60,307 bases of DNA, from the NCBI GenBank assembly GCA_027021705.1, contig JALUTT010000034.1:1-60307 (forward strand), in the 5' to 3' direction. The notes below the pieces were generated by a model. The model searched no databases, was not told the origin of the DNA, and was given only the letters and a program-made list of their open reading frames with translations. Source of the stretch: Anaerolineae bacterium. GTDB taxonomy: Bacteria > Chloroflexota > Anaerolineae > S140-20. The position numbers and the translations under genes were made by a program. The first letter of the stretch is position 1; the number at the start of each line of letters is the position of its first letter. Shown one piece after another: positions 18,939-28,713 of this stretch.

Positions 18939-20063
18939 CTACCCCCAGTCCCAACGCAGCGCCCAGGTGGCCAAGACCCCCAGGCCCCGCCAGAGGGGGA
19001 GGAGCAGCCAGGGTTGGCGCAGCCGATACCCCAGCCGGGCGAAGAAGGTCCGCCGCTGGAGGCTCCGCCCCAGTCCGTCGGCCATCAACCGCTGGGAGTA
19101 GTCGGCGAAGCGAAAGTTCCCTTTCTCGAAGGCCGCCCCGATGGCCTCGGCGGCCACCCGTCCGTAGGCCAGCGACCAACCGATCCCCTCGCCCAGGAGA
19201 GGGTCCACGCCGGCCGCATCTCCCACCAGCAGGACGTGGGGCCGGGCCAGCGTCGCCCGCCGGTCGAACCAGCGCAGCGGATGGCCCATCAACCGCACCT
19301 CCTCCAGAGCGATGCCTCGGTGGGCCAGCGCTTCCTCAAAGGCGGCCCGCAGCCGCCCGCGCGGTGCCGAAGGGATCACCCGGCTGTCGAAGATGCCCCG
19401 GTTCAGGTAGGCCCGCCCATCCACCCAGACGGGGAAATCCCAGACGTACCCCTGGATCCCCCGGACCATCACGCTCCAGTCGAGAAAAGCGGCTTTTTGG
19501 GTGAAGGCCGGCGTCCGCTCCGGGTCCACCGGCGTCAGCACCTCCAGCAGGCGGGCCAGGCGGGAGGGCTCTCCCCGCAGCCCCAGCGCCTGCCGGACCC
19601 GGCTGTTGGCCCCGTCGGCCCCCACGAGGACGCGAACCCGGTAGGTGGTCCGGGGAGTGTGGACCAGCAGGTGGTCCTCCTCCCGCTCCAGGCCCAGGAA
19701 GGGCTCCTCCTCGTGCAGGGGGATGCCTTGTCGCCGGACCTGGTCGGCCAGCCAGGCGTCGAACTGCTCCCGCCGGTAGACGCGGAAGAGGGGAGCGCCT
19801 CGAACGACGAAACACCGATCCCGAAAGTGCAGGTGGGCCTGCCGCACCGGGGCGTAGGAGAGCCCGCGCGGCATCAGGCCCAGGCCCCGAAGGACGGTGT
19901 AGGCGACGGGGGTGACGCCGCCACCGCAGAGCTTGGGACGGGGGTGGCGGGCCTTCTCCAGGATGAGGGACTGGGCTGCCAGATGAGGGTAGTCGCGGGC
20001 CAGGTGCAGGGCGGTGGAAGCCCCCGCCGGCCCGGAGCCAACGATCAGAACGGCGTAGTCCAT
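18939..20063 (-). CDS. NAD(P)/FAD-dependent oxidoreductase, geranylgeranyl-reductase family
   Basis: IVGSGPAG, RPKLCGGG, GADGANS, LVGDAAGVDPLLGEGI. Confidence 0.85.
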   Translation of the reverse strand: MDYAVLIVGSGPAGASTALHLARDYPHLAAQSLILEKARHPRPKLCGGGVTPVAYTVLRGLGLMPRGLSYAPVRQAHLHFRDRCFVVRGAPLFRVYRREQFDAWLADQVRRQGIPLHEEEPFLGLEREEDHLLVHTPRTTYRVRVLVGADGANSRVRQALGLRGEPSRLARLLEVLTPVDPERTPAFTQKAAFLDWSVMVRGIQGYVWDFPVWVDGRAYLNRGIFDSRVIPSAPRGRLRAAFEEALAHRGIALEEVRLMGHPLRWFDRRATLARPHVLLVGDAAGVDPLLGEGIGWSLAYGRVAAEAIGAAFEKGNFRFADYSQRLMADGLGRSLQRRTFFARLGYRLRQPWLLLPLWRGLGVLATWALRWDWG

Positions 20064-20066
20064 TGG

Positions 20067-20450
20067 GCAGTCCTCGGTCCTCAGTCCTCGGTCCTCAGTC
20101 CTCAGTTCGCCGCTTGGTCGGGTGGTCAAGTGGTCGGGTGGTCGGTCAGGCAGTCCTCGGTCCTCGGTCCTCAGTCCGCGGTCCGCCGCTTGGTCGGGTG
20201 GTCAAGTGGTCGGCGGTCGGTCAGGCAGTCCTCGGTCCTCGGTCCTCAGTCCGCGGTCCGCCGCTTGGTCGGGTGGTCAAGTGGTCGGCGGTCGGTCGGG
20301 CAGTCCTCGGTCCTCAGTCCTCGGTCGGCGGTCGGCCGTCGGCGGTCGGCGGTCGGTCAGGCAGTCCTCAGTCCTCGGTCCTCGGTCCTCAGTCCTCAGT
20401 CGGCGGTCTGCCGTCGGTGATCTACGGTCGGTCACCGGCCGTCGGCGTCA
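20067..20450. repeat. Composite short-tandem-repeat array (7- and 8-mers in ~75-bp higher-order units)
   Basis: GTCCTC(A/G), GGTC(AA/GG)GT and CGGCGGT units; a 75-bp unit is repeated at 20150-20224 and 20225-20299. Confidence 0.9.
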
Positions 20451-20454
20451 GTGC

Positions 20455-20832
20455 CTATTTCTCCTCCTCAACCCGGTACTCGGCGTCAATGACGGTGGGC
20501 GCGTCCACCGATTCCGCCGGGGGCGGAGGGGAGCCGGGACGCAGCCCGGCCATCCGCGCCACGTGCTCCCGGACCACCTCCGGCGGGGCCAGGGCGATAA
20601 AGGTCCAGAGTCCGAGGAAGATGAGGCCCAGGTCATCAAGCTGACCCGCCCCCAGGATGGGGTCAGGGATGAGGTCTATGGGGGAGAGGACATAGAGCAG
20701 CGTGACGAAGGGGGTCAGCTTGGTCCAGCCGGGGACACGGGGGTCTCGAAGCAGCCGCCAAGCGAGGCGGAGCTGGTGGATCAGATCGAGGAAGCGGTTG
20801 CCCGAGGGGGGAGTAGATTGGCTACTGCCCAT
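20455..20832 (-). CDS. DUF1232/YkvA family membrane protein
   Basis: LLRDPRVP..K..Y.LSPIDLIPD...GQLDD. Confidence 0.9.
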   Translation of the reverse strand: MGSSQSTPPSGNRFLDLIHQLRLAWRLLRDPRVPGWTKLTPFVTLLYVLSPIDLIPDPILGAGQLDDLGLIFLGLWTFIALAPPEVVREHVARMAGLRPGSPPPPAESVDAPTVIDAEYRVEEEK

Positions 20833-20835
20833 TGG

Positions 20836-21504
20836 TTATCCTCCCGTGGGGGTCTTGGAGACTTGCCAGGAGCAGGCGGGGTCGCCCGTCGCCCGGCAGG
20901 CGATCTGGTGAACGGCGAACTCCTTGCCGCCGGTGGCAAAGTGAGTGGCCTCCAAGATGCCGCCTTCGATGATCCAGCAGATGGGGCGGTCGGCCACTAG
21001 GCCGGCGCAGTTGGGACAGTGGGGCCAGGTGAGGATGAAAGCGTCATCCTGCTCCGCGATCTCGATCGTCGTGGTGTACCCACCCTGCCGCAGGAGCTGA
21101 GTCAGGCCGTTGGCCATATTGGTCAGGATGGTCTTGAGTTGCATCGAGAGGGGCATCAGGCGAAGAGCTTTGACGGCGACGCCGAAGAGGGCGCTCTGCT
21201 CTTCGATGGAGCGGCGGGCAGCCAGCCGCCCGATGCGCAGGCCAAAGGCGCGGGCCGCTCGCCCGTAGAACTCGATGGTAGCCCGGTGCAGGTTGGCGTA
21301 GTCGGCGTAGGTGAGGCCGTGGAACTCCATGCGATTGGGCGGGTAGTTGCCGATGAGGTGGGCCAGGCCAGCCTGGCGTAGGATCACTTGGACGCCGTGC
21401 TCGCCGGCCACCTCCTCCAGGGCCAGGAGGGCGAACCGCATGTAAGCATCGGCCAGAGGCCAGTCCAGGATCGGGTCCCGTTCTGTCCGTTGAGCAACTT
21501 GCAT
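20836..21504 (-). CDS. V4R (4-vinyl reductase) domain protein
   Basis: CPNC...PIC...G.L...CRATGDPACSW. Confidence 0.8.
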   Translation of the reverse strand: MQVAQRTERDPILDWPLADAYMRFALLALEEVAGEHGVQVILRQAGLAHLIGNYPPNRMEFHGLTYADYANLHRATIEFYGRAARAFGLRIGRLAARRSIEEQSALFGVAVKALRLMPLSMQLKTILTNMANGLTQLLRQGGYTTTIEIAEQDDAFILTWPHCPNCAGLVADRPICWIIEGGILEATHFATGGKEFAVHQIACRATGDPACSWQVSKTPTGG

Positions 21505-21505
21505 C

Positions 21506-22183
21506 TCACGCCCCCTTCTTCGTGGGTCTGTCTGTTCGAGCCATCCGTCCGGTCACGGTGCCGCCCCCTTTGGAGACGTAGGGGTTACCCCGCACCCAGA
21601 AGCGCCAGGGAGCGGTCAGCGCTTGCCGATCACCCCGCACACCAACGCGGGGTCCCCGGGCGACCTGGGCGTCGGGCACAGACGGAGCCGCCTCGACGAA
21701 GAGCAGCCGGCCATCGCACAGGTCCACCCCGTTGAGCGAGCCGTCTATGGCCAGCGCCTGACAGAGGCGGGCCGGCCCGTTGGTCAGCTCCCGGTCAGGC
21801 CGCCCCCTGCGCCGCTGCCGCATCACCTCGATGCCCTCCTCGGGCTCAATGGCCCGCACCAGGACGGCGGCGGGGATGCCGGCCGGCTCGGTGACGATGT
21901 TGAACATCCAGTGCATCCCGTAGATGAAGTAGACGTAGGCGTGGCCGGGCGGGCCGTACATCGGGGCGTTGCGCCGGGTGGGGCCGACCCGGGCGTGGCT
22001 GGCCTGGTCGTCTTCACCCAGGTAGGCCTCCACCTCGACGATACGGCCACTCAGCCGCTGTCCCTCCACGATGCGCACCAGTCGCTGCCCCAGCAGCGCC
22101 CGCGCCACCGTCAGCGTATCCCGCTCGTAGAAAGCGCGGGGCAGGATGGACGAAGGATGAAGCCCGGTCCTGTAGGAAACCAT
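21506..22183 (-). CDS. mpg: DNA-3-methyladenine glycosylase (AAG/MPG)
   Basis: IVEVEAY, PGHAYVYFIYGMH, AVLVRAIEP, NGPARLCQAL. Confidence 0.92.
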   Translation of the reverse strand: MVSYRTGLHPSSILPRAFYERDTLTVARALLGQRLVRIVEGQRLSGRIVEVEAYLGEDDQASHARVGPTRRNAPMYGPPGHAYVYFIYGMHWMFNIVTEPAGIPAAVLVRAIEPEEGIEVMRQRRRGRPDRELTNGPARLCQALAIDGSLNGVDLCDGRLLFVEAAPSVPDAQVARGPRVGVRGDRQALTAPWRFWVRGNPYVSKGGGTVTGRMARTDRPTKKGA

Positions 22184-22238
22184 CGCCTCAGATCGCGCCT
22201 AGAAAGCGGGGTCCCAACGACAGGGTTCAGACGGATTC

Positions 22239-22559
22239 TCAGATCTGCTCCAGACGCGCCGTAAACCGCTTGACCAGCGTGGGAACCTCTTCCAAGGCCC
22301 GCTGGGCCGGCCGCTCCCCTCGACCTTCCAGGACAGCCAAGAGCAGTGCTTCCATCTCCTCGGCCAGCGTCGCCAACTCCTGATACTGCATCGTGGCGGC
22401 CATCCCCTTGAGGGTGTGCGCTGCTCGATGAGCAGCCCGCCAGACATCTTGATCCTCCTTCCCCTCCCGGAGTTGAGTCAGAGCCGTCTCCAACTCGGCC
22501 AGGCGTCGGTGGGATTCCTCCAAGAAGAGCTGACGATAGACGGAGAGATCCATCGGCAT
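22239..22559 (-). CDS. Hpt domain protein
   Basis: FLEES...HRAAHTLKGMAATM. Confidence 0.85.
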   Translation of the reverse strand: MPMDLSVYRQLFLEESHRRLAELETALTQLREGKEDQDVWRAAHRAAHTLKGMAATMQYQELATLAEEMEALLLAVLEGRGERPAQRALEEVPTLVKRFTARLEQI

Positions 22560-22603
22560 TGCCCCCTACGCTTTACGTTCCACTTTACGTTTCATTTTAC
22601 GTT

Positions 22604-24955
22604 TCACGTGTTTCCGTCTTTCTCCGGCCCGGCCAGGGGGAGAAGCACCGTGAAGCGGGAGCCCCGTCCGGGGATGCCCTCGGATTCCACACCGATGGAG
22701 CCACCGTGCAGTTCGACCAGCCGGCGGGTGATGGCCAGCCCCAGGCCGGTCCCCTGGCCCAACTCGCGGGCCTGTCGAGCCTGTCGGAACTCCTCGAAGA
22801 TCATCGCCTGCTCCTCCGGCGGGATGCCGATGCCGTTGTCGGTGACGATGAACCGCATCATCCGCCCGTCGTTCGTCAGGGAACAGACGAGTTCGATCCG
22901 CCCACGTTCGGGGGTGAATTTGCTGGCGTTGCTGAGCAGGTTGAGCAGGATCTGCTTCAACCGCATCGGGTCGGCCATCAGCGGGGGCAGGGGATCGGCG
23001 ACTTCGAAGATGAGGGTCTGAGCCTTCTGCTCAACCATCGGGGCGATGGTGGCCTGCACCTCTTCCAACAGGGCGGGGATGTCTACCTCCTGGAGGGAGA
23101 GGGTCATCCGCCCTGCCTGGATCTTGGAGAGGTCCAGTAGGTCGTTGATGAGCGCCAGGAGGTGCTGCCCGCTGGCGTGGATGTAGCGCAGGTACTCCTG
23201 AGCCATCTCGCTCAGCTCCCCGGCCAGACCATCCAGCAAGACTTCGGAGAAGCCGATGATGGCGTTGAGGGGGGTGCGCAGTTCGTGGCTGACGCTGGCC
23301 AGGAACTGGGACTTGAGCCGGTCTAGCTCCTTCAGGCGGGCGTTGGCCTCCTCCAGCGCCTGGTTGCGCAGGGCCAAGGCCTCTTCGGAGCGTCGGAGCC
23401 GCTCGAAGAGCTGGGTGTTCTCCAAGATAACGGCGAGGCTGTTCCCCATCGTCTGGAGCAGCCGCAGGTCATCGTCGGAGAAGCCCCCCACCTCGCTGCT
23501 CTCCACGTTGAGCACGCCGATGACACGGCGACCGGCAGCCAGGGGAATGCTGAGGGCGGACCGGGTGGTGGGTGCGCTGGTGATGTAGCCCCCGTCCTGC
23601 CGCACGTCGGGGATGAGGACGGGCTCACCGGTCTCGGCCACACGCCCGATGACCCCTTCACCAGGGCGCAGGCCGGCCTGGATGGCCTGAGCTGGGGGGT
23701 GACCGGCATAGGCCCGGACCCGGAGGCAGGGTTTCCCACCCTGTCCATCATCGGCCCCGGCCGCCTCGTTGTCCTTACCGTCCAGCAGGAGCACGGCGAC
23801 GTGGGTGCCCTCCAGGACGAAACGGAGCGTGTTCACCACACTCTGGAGCATCGTCTCTAACTCCATCGTGGCCGCCGCCGCCACCACGATGTCGTAGAGC
23901 AGGGTCAGCTCGCTCAGCCGCTGCTGAGCCTCGGCGAAGAGCCGAGCGTTCTCGATGGCCACCGCCGCCTGGTTGGCCAGCGTCTGGATCAGCGTGATCT
24001 GGTCCTCGCCAAAGTGACAGTCGGGCCGTGTCTCCCACATTTCCACGTAGCCGATGGTCCGGTTTCGGGCCACCAGGGGGATGAGGAGTAGGGCCTGGGC
24101 CTGGTGGGCGACCAATTCCTCCTGCCATTCCCCACCTCCCTGGTCGGCCGTGATGAGGAGGGGGCGGCGGCTGGTCAGCGCCCGGGTGGTCACAGGCCGT
24201 TGGGAGAGGTCGTAAGTCTGGCCCACATTGGCGCTCTGCCTCTCGCTCTCCTCGGTCCAAAAGGCGGCGACGACGGTGGCCCGGGTGGGAGGATGGCCCG
24301 GTTCCAGGATGCAGATGCGGGCACCGGCCACCTCCATCAGGCGGGCCAGACGCTCGCTGACCATTCGGAGCACCTGGCCGATGTCCAACGTGGCCGAGAT
24401 GGTGGTGGTCATCTCGTAAAGGAGCGCCTTTTGGAGGAAGTTGGCCCGGTTCTGCTCTTGCAGACGGGCATTCTCCAGGGCTAGGGCCAGGGTGAGGGCA
24501 AAGGTGCGGACCAGCGCTTCATCCTCCGGGGTAAAGGCAGGACTCTGGTCAGCGGTCTTCACGCTCCGTCGGCCTATCAGGTAGAAGGCCCCCAGAAGGC
24601 GCGGACCGGCGGCCAGAGGGACACCTAGGAGCGCCGGCTGGTCCTCAGCCTCCCCCCCGTCTGGGGACCAGCGATCTAGCCGCAGGGGGACTCCTTCGCG
24701 AACAACCTGGGCCAGGGGTCCCTCCAAGGAGACCTGGCGGACCAGCCCGGCCTCCTCGGCGGGCGTAAGACCCACCTGCTGGCTCAGGGAGGGCGTGCCA
24801 TCCTCCCACAGGAAGAGCGCTCCGCCCCGGGCATCCACGAGGGGCAGAAGGCCCTTCAGGGCCTGTCGCAGGGCTTGATGGCCCAGTCCCAGATTGTCCA
24901 CAACCTGATGGCCCAGGTCGTAGAGGGATTGCAGTCGGTGCTCGTACCCGCTCAT
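22604..24955 (-). CDS. Multi-GAF sensor histidine kinase
   Basis: Three GAF-like repeats; SHELRTPLNAIIGF, NLLSNASKFT, DNGIGI, GTGLGL. Confidence 0.9.
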   Translation of the reverse strand: MSGYEHRLQSLYDLGHQVVDNLGLGHQALRQALKGLLPLVDARGGALFLWEDGTPSLSQQVGLTPAEEAGLVRQVSLEGPLAQVVREGVPLRLDRWSPDGGEAEDQPALLGVPLAAGPRLLGAFYLIGRRSVKTADQSPAFTPEDEALVRTFALTLALALENARLQEQNRANFLQKALLYEMTTTISATLDIGQVLRMVSERLARLMEVAGARICILEPGHPPTRATVVAAFWTEESERQSANVGQTYDLSQRPVTTRALTSRRPLLITADQGGGEWQEELVAHQAQALLLIPLVARNRTIGYVEMWETRPDCHFGEDQITLIQTLANQAAVAIENARLFAEAQQRLSELTLLYDIVVAAAATMELETMLQSVVNTLRFVLEGTHVAVLLLDGKDNEAAGADDGQGGKPCLRVRAYAGHPPAQAIQAGLRPGEGVIGRVAETGEPVLIPDVRQDGGYITSAPTTRSALSIPLAAGRRVIGVLNVESSEVGGFSDDDLRLLQTMGNSLAVILENTQLFERLRRSEEALALRNQALEEANARLKELDRLKSQFLASVSHELRTPLNAIIGFSEVLLDGLAGELSEMAQEYLRYIHASGQHLLALINDLLDLSKIQAGRMTLSLQEVDIPALLEEVQATIAPMVEQKAQTLIFEVADPLPPLMADPMRLKQILLNLLSNASKFTPERGRIELVCSLTNDGRMMRFIVTDNGIGIPPEEQAMIFEEFRQARQARELGQGTGLGLAITRRLVELHGGSIGVESEGIPGRGSRFTVLLPLAGPEKDGNT

Positions 24956-24956
24956 C

Positions 24957-25328
24957 TCACCCCAAATACTGGCGCACCTGGTCGGGAAAGGTCCGGGTAT
25001 TGATGGGCTTGGCGATGTAGCCATCACAACCGGCACCCCGGGCGCGGGCTTCCTCCTCGGCCGACGCGCTGGCGGTGAGGGCAATGATGGGGATGTGGGC
25101 GGTCTCAGGCTGGGCTCGCAGCCGGGCCACGGCGTCGTATCCGCTCATATCAGGCAGGTGGACGTCCAACAGGATCAGGTCGGGCTGCTCGTCGAGAGCC
25201 TTCCGCAATCCTTCCTCGCCTGTACGGGCCTCCACCACGTGGAACCCTTGAGAAGTCAGCACGACCTCCACCAACCGCTGACTCAACACACTATCCTCGA
25301 TGACCAAGATAGTCGCCTGCGATGCCAT
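24957..25328 (-). CDS. Single-domain response regulator (DivK-like)
   Basis: ILVIED, PDLILLDVHLPDMSG, IIALTA, YIAKP. Confidence 0.9.
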   Translation of the reverse strand: MASQATILVIEDSVLSQRLVEVVLTSQGFHVVEARTGEEGLRKALDEQPDLILLDVHLPDMSGYDAVARLRAQPETAHIPIIALTASASAEEEARARGAGCDGYIAKPINTRTFPDQVRQYLG

Positions 25329-25436
25329 GGCACAACCTCTCCGTACATTCCGTCCCTTCAACGCGCCTTTTCCAACCGCGAGGTAGGGCGACGCCCGGCA
25401 CCGTCCCTTCAATTGTAGGGCCTTTTGGTCGAGACG

Positions 25437-26537
25437 TCAATAGCCATCCTTGGCGTAGCGCTGTACCTCCAGGTAGATGGGCCGGGGAAGGAAGCCAGGG
25501 GTGACGAAGGCGTAGTTGTCCCGGTAGTTGTGGCGCAGGGCCGGCAGCCGGAAGACCCAGATGGCGACGGCCCGGCACCAGGGCCAGCGGCGGCGGGCCC
25601 ACTCGTAGGCCCCGATGGTGTAGCGGATGCGCTGGGCCGGCCGGACGGCCATCGTCCAGCGGGGATGGTCATTCCACCCGGCCTCGGTCACGTAGATGGG
25701 CTTCTCCCCATCCCCCGCCTCGACCATGATCTGGCGCAGGAGCTCCACCCGCCGGAAGTTGAGCCGATCGGGGGCCGGGGGGGCTTCGGGAGGGTCCCGG
25801 AAGCCGTAGGCGTGGACGGCCAGGGCGTCGAAGTAGGGGGCGGCTCCGGCGGCGTAGAGGGCCCGCAGGTAGTCCAGGTCGTTGAGGCCGGCCGGGCTCC
25901 CCGGCGGCTCCAGGGTGGGGGCCAGGGCACCGGCCAGGACGACGACGTCGGGGTTGGCCGCCTTGACCTGGGGGTAGACGGTCCGCAGCAGGGCAGCGTA
26001 GCCGGCCGGGTCCACCGGACGATACCCCCACTCGAAGCTCAGGTTGGGCTCGTTCCAGATGACGATGTGACGTACTTGGCCCCGGTAGCGGGCGACGAAG
26101 GCGGCAGCGAAGCGGGCGAAGGCCGGGTAGGCCTCCGGCGTCAGGGTAGTCAGCGTTGTCTCCTGCTCATCGGGGTCCGGGCGGGCCCAGGCCGGCACCC
26201 ATCCCAGGCGAGCGATGAGGGTCAGCCCCTGGTTCCGGGCGTGCCGGACGACCAGGTCGCTGTGGGCCCAGTCGAAGCGCCCCGGCCGGGGCTCGATGTA
26301 GGGCCAGGGGAAGAACTCGACCACCCAGGGAGCTCCCATCTCCCGCACCATCTGGAAGGTGCGCTGAATCTTCCAGGCTTCCACCTCATCGGTGAGGCGG
26401 GTGTGGACGCCGATGAGGGGGTTGGTCGTGATCACCGATTGGGGTGGCCCCAGGACGACCAGGGGGTAGGGCGGCCGGAGGCGGGGCAGGATGCCCAGGA
26501 GCGCCAGGACCAGGAGGAGGCGGAGACGCGGGTGCAT
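25437..26537 (-). CDS. Secreted GH-A clan glycoside hydrolase (GH5/GH39-like)
   Basis: N-terminal hydrophobic segment; IWNEPN acid/base motif, AVHAYG, YVTEAGW nucleophile. Confidence 0.8.
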   Translation of the reverse strand: MHPRLRLLLVLALLGILPRLRPPYPLVVLGPPQSVITTNPLIGVHTRLTDEVEAWKIQRTFQMVREMGAPWVVEFFPWPYIEPRPGRFDWAHSDLVVRHARNQGLTLIARLGWVPAWARPDPDEQETTLTTLTPEAYPAFARFAAAFVARYRGQVRHIVIWNEPNLSFEWGYRPVDPAGYAALLRTVYPQVKAANPDVVVLAGALAPTLEPPGSPAGLNDLDYLRALYAAGAAPYFDALAVHAYGFRDPPEAPPAPDRLNFRRVELLRQIMVEAGDGEKPIYVTEAGWNDHPRWTMAVRPAQRIRYTIGAYEWARRRWPWCRAVAIWVFRLPALRHNYRDNYAFVTPGFLPRPIYLEVQRYAKDGY

Positions 26538-26543
26538 GGCCGA

Positions 26544-27950
26544 TCACGTCTTGCGGGAGCGTCGGCGGGAGCGGGTCGTCTTCGCCTTCTTCTTCTGCCC
26601 CTTGCCTCCGTGCCAGTAGGGCGGGGCCAGGATGGCGAAAATGGTGCAGCGGCTGCCGTCCAACATCCGGCTGCGCAGCCGGGGGTCCAGCTCCTCCAGG
26701 GTGTTGGCCGTGGTGATGATGGTGGGGAGTTGGGCGTTGTAGCGGTAGTCCAAGAGCTGGTGGAGTTTCTCCCGGGCCCAGGGGGTGGTGCTCTGGGTCC
26801 CCAGGTCGTCCAGGACGAGCAGGGGAGCGGTGCGGACCTCCTCGAACCGCTTGTCGTAGGGGATGGGGCTCTGGGGGTTGAAGGTGGCCCGCAGGTGGTC
26901 CAGCAGGTCAGGGACGGTGACGAAGAGGACCTGATCCCCCTGCTGGACGCGGTAGTTGGCGATGGCGGCGGCCAGGTGGGTCTTGCCGCAGCCGTAGGTG
27001 CCCTGGAAGACGAGCCAGCCGGTGGGCTCCTCGGCGAAGCGGCGGGCCTCGGCCAGGGCCCGCTTGAGGTTGTCCTGCTCCTCGCTGGAGAGTTCGGGGC
27101 GCATCTCGAAGCTCTCGAAGGTCTGGTCCTGGTGCAGGGCCAGGCTGCTCAGCTCCGACTCCCCCATCCCAGGACCCCCACCGTGGCGGAAGTCGGGGGC
27201 CAGGATGGTGTGGATGCGGCAGAGGTCGGGGTCCAGCATCCGGCTGCGCAGGCGGGGTGGGATCTCCTCCAGCCGGTGGTTGGAGGTGATGACGGTGGGC
27301 AGGCGGGTGTTGTAGCGGTAGTTGAAGATCTGGTAGAGCTTCTCCTGGGCCCAGGGGGTGGCGTTCTCCGTCCCCAGGTCGTCCAGGATGAGCAGGGGGG
27401 CGGTGCGCACCATCTCGAAACGCTCGTCGTACCCCACCTCGCTGGTGGGGCTGAAGGCGGCCCGCAGGTGGTCGAGCAGGTCGGGGACGTTGACGAAGAG
27501 GGCGGGATAGCCCCGTTCGACGCGGTAGTTGGCGATGGCAGCGGCCAGATGGGTCTTGCCGCAGCCGTAGCCCCCCAGCAGGGCGAGCCAGCCCTGGGGA
27601 GACTCGGCGAACCGGCGGGCCGATTCGTAGGCGTCCCGCAGGTTCTTCTGGCGGAAGGGGTCCAGGCCGAAGCCGGTGGGGACGAAGGTCTCGAAGGTGT
27701 AGCGCTCCAGCCCTTCCAGGTTGCTCATGGCGCGGAGTTGGGCGGCCCGCCGGCGCTCCATCTCGGCCAGGCGGCAGCGGCAAGGGAAGAGCTTGCCGAA
27801 GCTGGGGTGACCGACGGGAACGTCCAGCTTGATGTAGCCCAGCCCGCCGCAGAGGGGGCAGGTCTCCGACGATGACGTGAGGGTTCCGTTTTCTGGAGCA
27901 GCCTGCCGGTGTTGGAGTTTCACATCCATCTCCATCTCCATCGGTTCCAT
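26544..27950 (-). CDS. DnaC/IstB-like helicase loader with two tandem AAA+ domains
   Basis: N-terminal CPLCGG..CRC; two copies of GxYGCGKTHLAAAIAN..VPDLLDHLR..LDDLGT. Confidence 0.85.
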   Translation of the reverse strand: MEPMEMEMDVKLQHRQAAPENGTLTSSSETCPLCGGLGYIKLDVPVGHPSFGKLFPCRCRLAEMERRRAAQLRAMSNLEGLERYTFETFVPTGFGLDPFRQKNLRDAYESARRFAESPQGWLALLGGYGCGKTHLAAAIANYRVERGYPALFVNVPDLLDHLRAAFSPTSEVGYDERFEMVRTAPLLILDDLGTENATPWAQEKLYQIFNYRYNTRLPTVITSNHRLEEIPPRLRSRMLDPDLCRIHTILAPDFRHGGGPGMGESELSSLALHQDQTFESFEMRPELSSEEQDNLKRALAEARRFAEEPTGWLVFQGTYGCGKTHLAAAIANYRVQQGDQVLFVTVPDLLDHLRATFNPQSPIPYDKRFEEVRTAPLLVLDDLGTQSTTPWAREKLHQLLDYRYNAQLPTIITTANTLEELDPRLRSRMLDGSRCTIFAILAPPYWHGGKGQKKKAKTTRSRRRSRKT

Positions 27951-27962
27951 CGGTAGCGTGAT

Positions 27963-28367
27963 CTACCCTTGTTCTCCGAGAACTGTCTGCACCCAATCCA
28001 CAACTCGTCGCGCCAGACGCAGGGCTTGTTGATACTCGACCATCGTAACATCCTCATCCCATCCTGGGTACCGTGCTTGGACAGCATATTGGGTAAGGGT
28101 GTCAGCCTCCTGAACCTCCGGTGGAATTGAAATCCCGGCTGATTTAAGGAGGTCCATCAGAACGACCAAAGAGTGGGTTTTGGGGAACTCCAGCTCATAG
28201 TGAATGCATAGGGCCTTGAGGGCCTTCTCGGCAGCCTGTTGGGCATCGAAGCATAAGTCTTCCAGGAAGACCTCTGGATCATCGCTACCCATTGACGCAC
28301 GTTTGAGATTGCTCCGAGCCCGAGCCAGCCAGGCCAGGGGATCTGTAGGATCAGCTTGTCGCTTCAT
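27963..28367 (-). CDS. HEPN domain protein
   Basis: CFDAQQAAEKALKA, PKTHSL, YAVQARYP. Confidence 0.88.
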   Translation of the reverse strand: MKRQADPTDPLAWLARARSNLKRASMGSDDPEVFLEDLCFDAQQAAEKALKALCIHYELEFPKTHSLVVLMDLLKSAGISIPPEVQEADTLTQYAVQARYPGWDEDVTMVEYQQALRLARRVVDWVQTVLGEQG

Positions 28368-28695
28368 AGAGGACCCTTCCTTCCCGCAAGGCTGGGCGCA
28401 AGATGGTTCCAACCTTGTGCCCATACTGCTGGACGTCTTGCTCGGTGACCACAACGACATCTACGGGCAGGGGAATGCCGTGCAGATTGCGGTAGATTTC
28501 GCCAGCAAGGGTGCGCCGATGGACTGGCCCCTGGACGATGACAAGCAGGTCTATATCGCTGTCCGGTTCCATCTGATCTCGGGCTGCCGAGCCAAACAGG
28601 ATGATACGCTGGGGATGGGCAACGGCTACGATGCGTTGGACGACTTCTTCAATGAGGTCGGTTAAAGAGGTTAGAGTCGCAGAATGCTGGGTCAT
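28351..28695 (-). CDS. Minimal nucleotidyltransferase (MNT) antitoxin
   Basis: IILFGSAAR...SDIDLLVI; overlaps the HEPN start. Confidence 0.88.
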   Translation of the reverse strand: MTQHSATLTSLTDLIEEVVQRIVAVAHPQRIILFGSAARDQMEPDSDIDLLVIVQGPVHRRTLAGEIYRNLHGIPLPVDVVVVTEQDVQQYGHKVGTILRPALREGRVLYEATS

Positions 28696-28713
28696 CGGTT
28701 GGCAGTTGCTCCC

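Noticed and set aside
20067..20450. Possible CRISPR array
   Set aside because: Low-complexity tandem units with no unique spacers and no cas genes; the same holds for 32657-33110.
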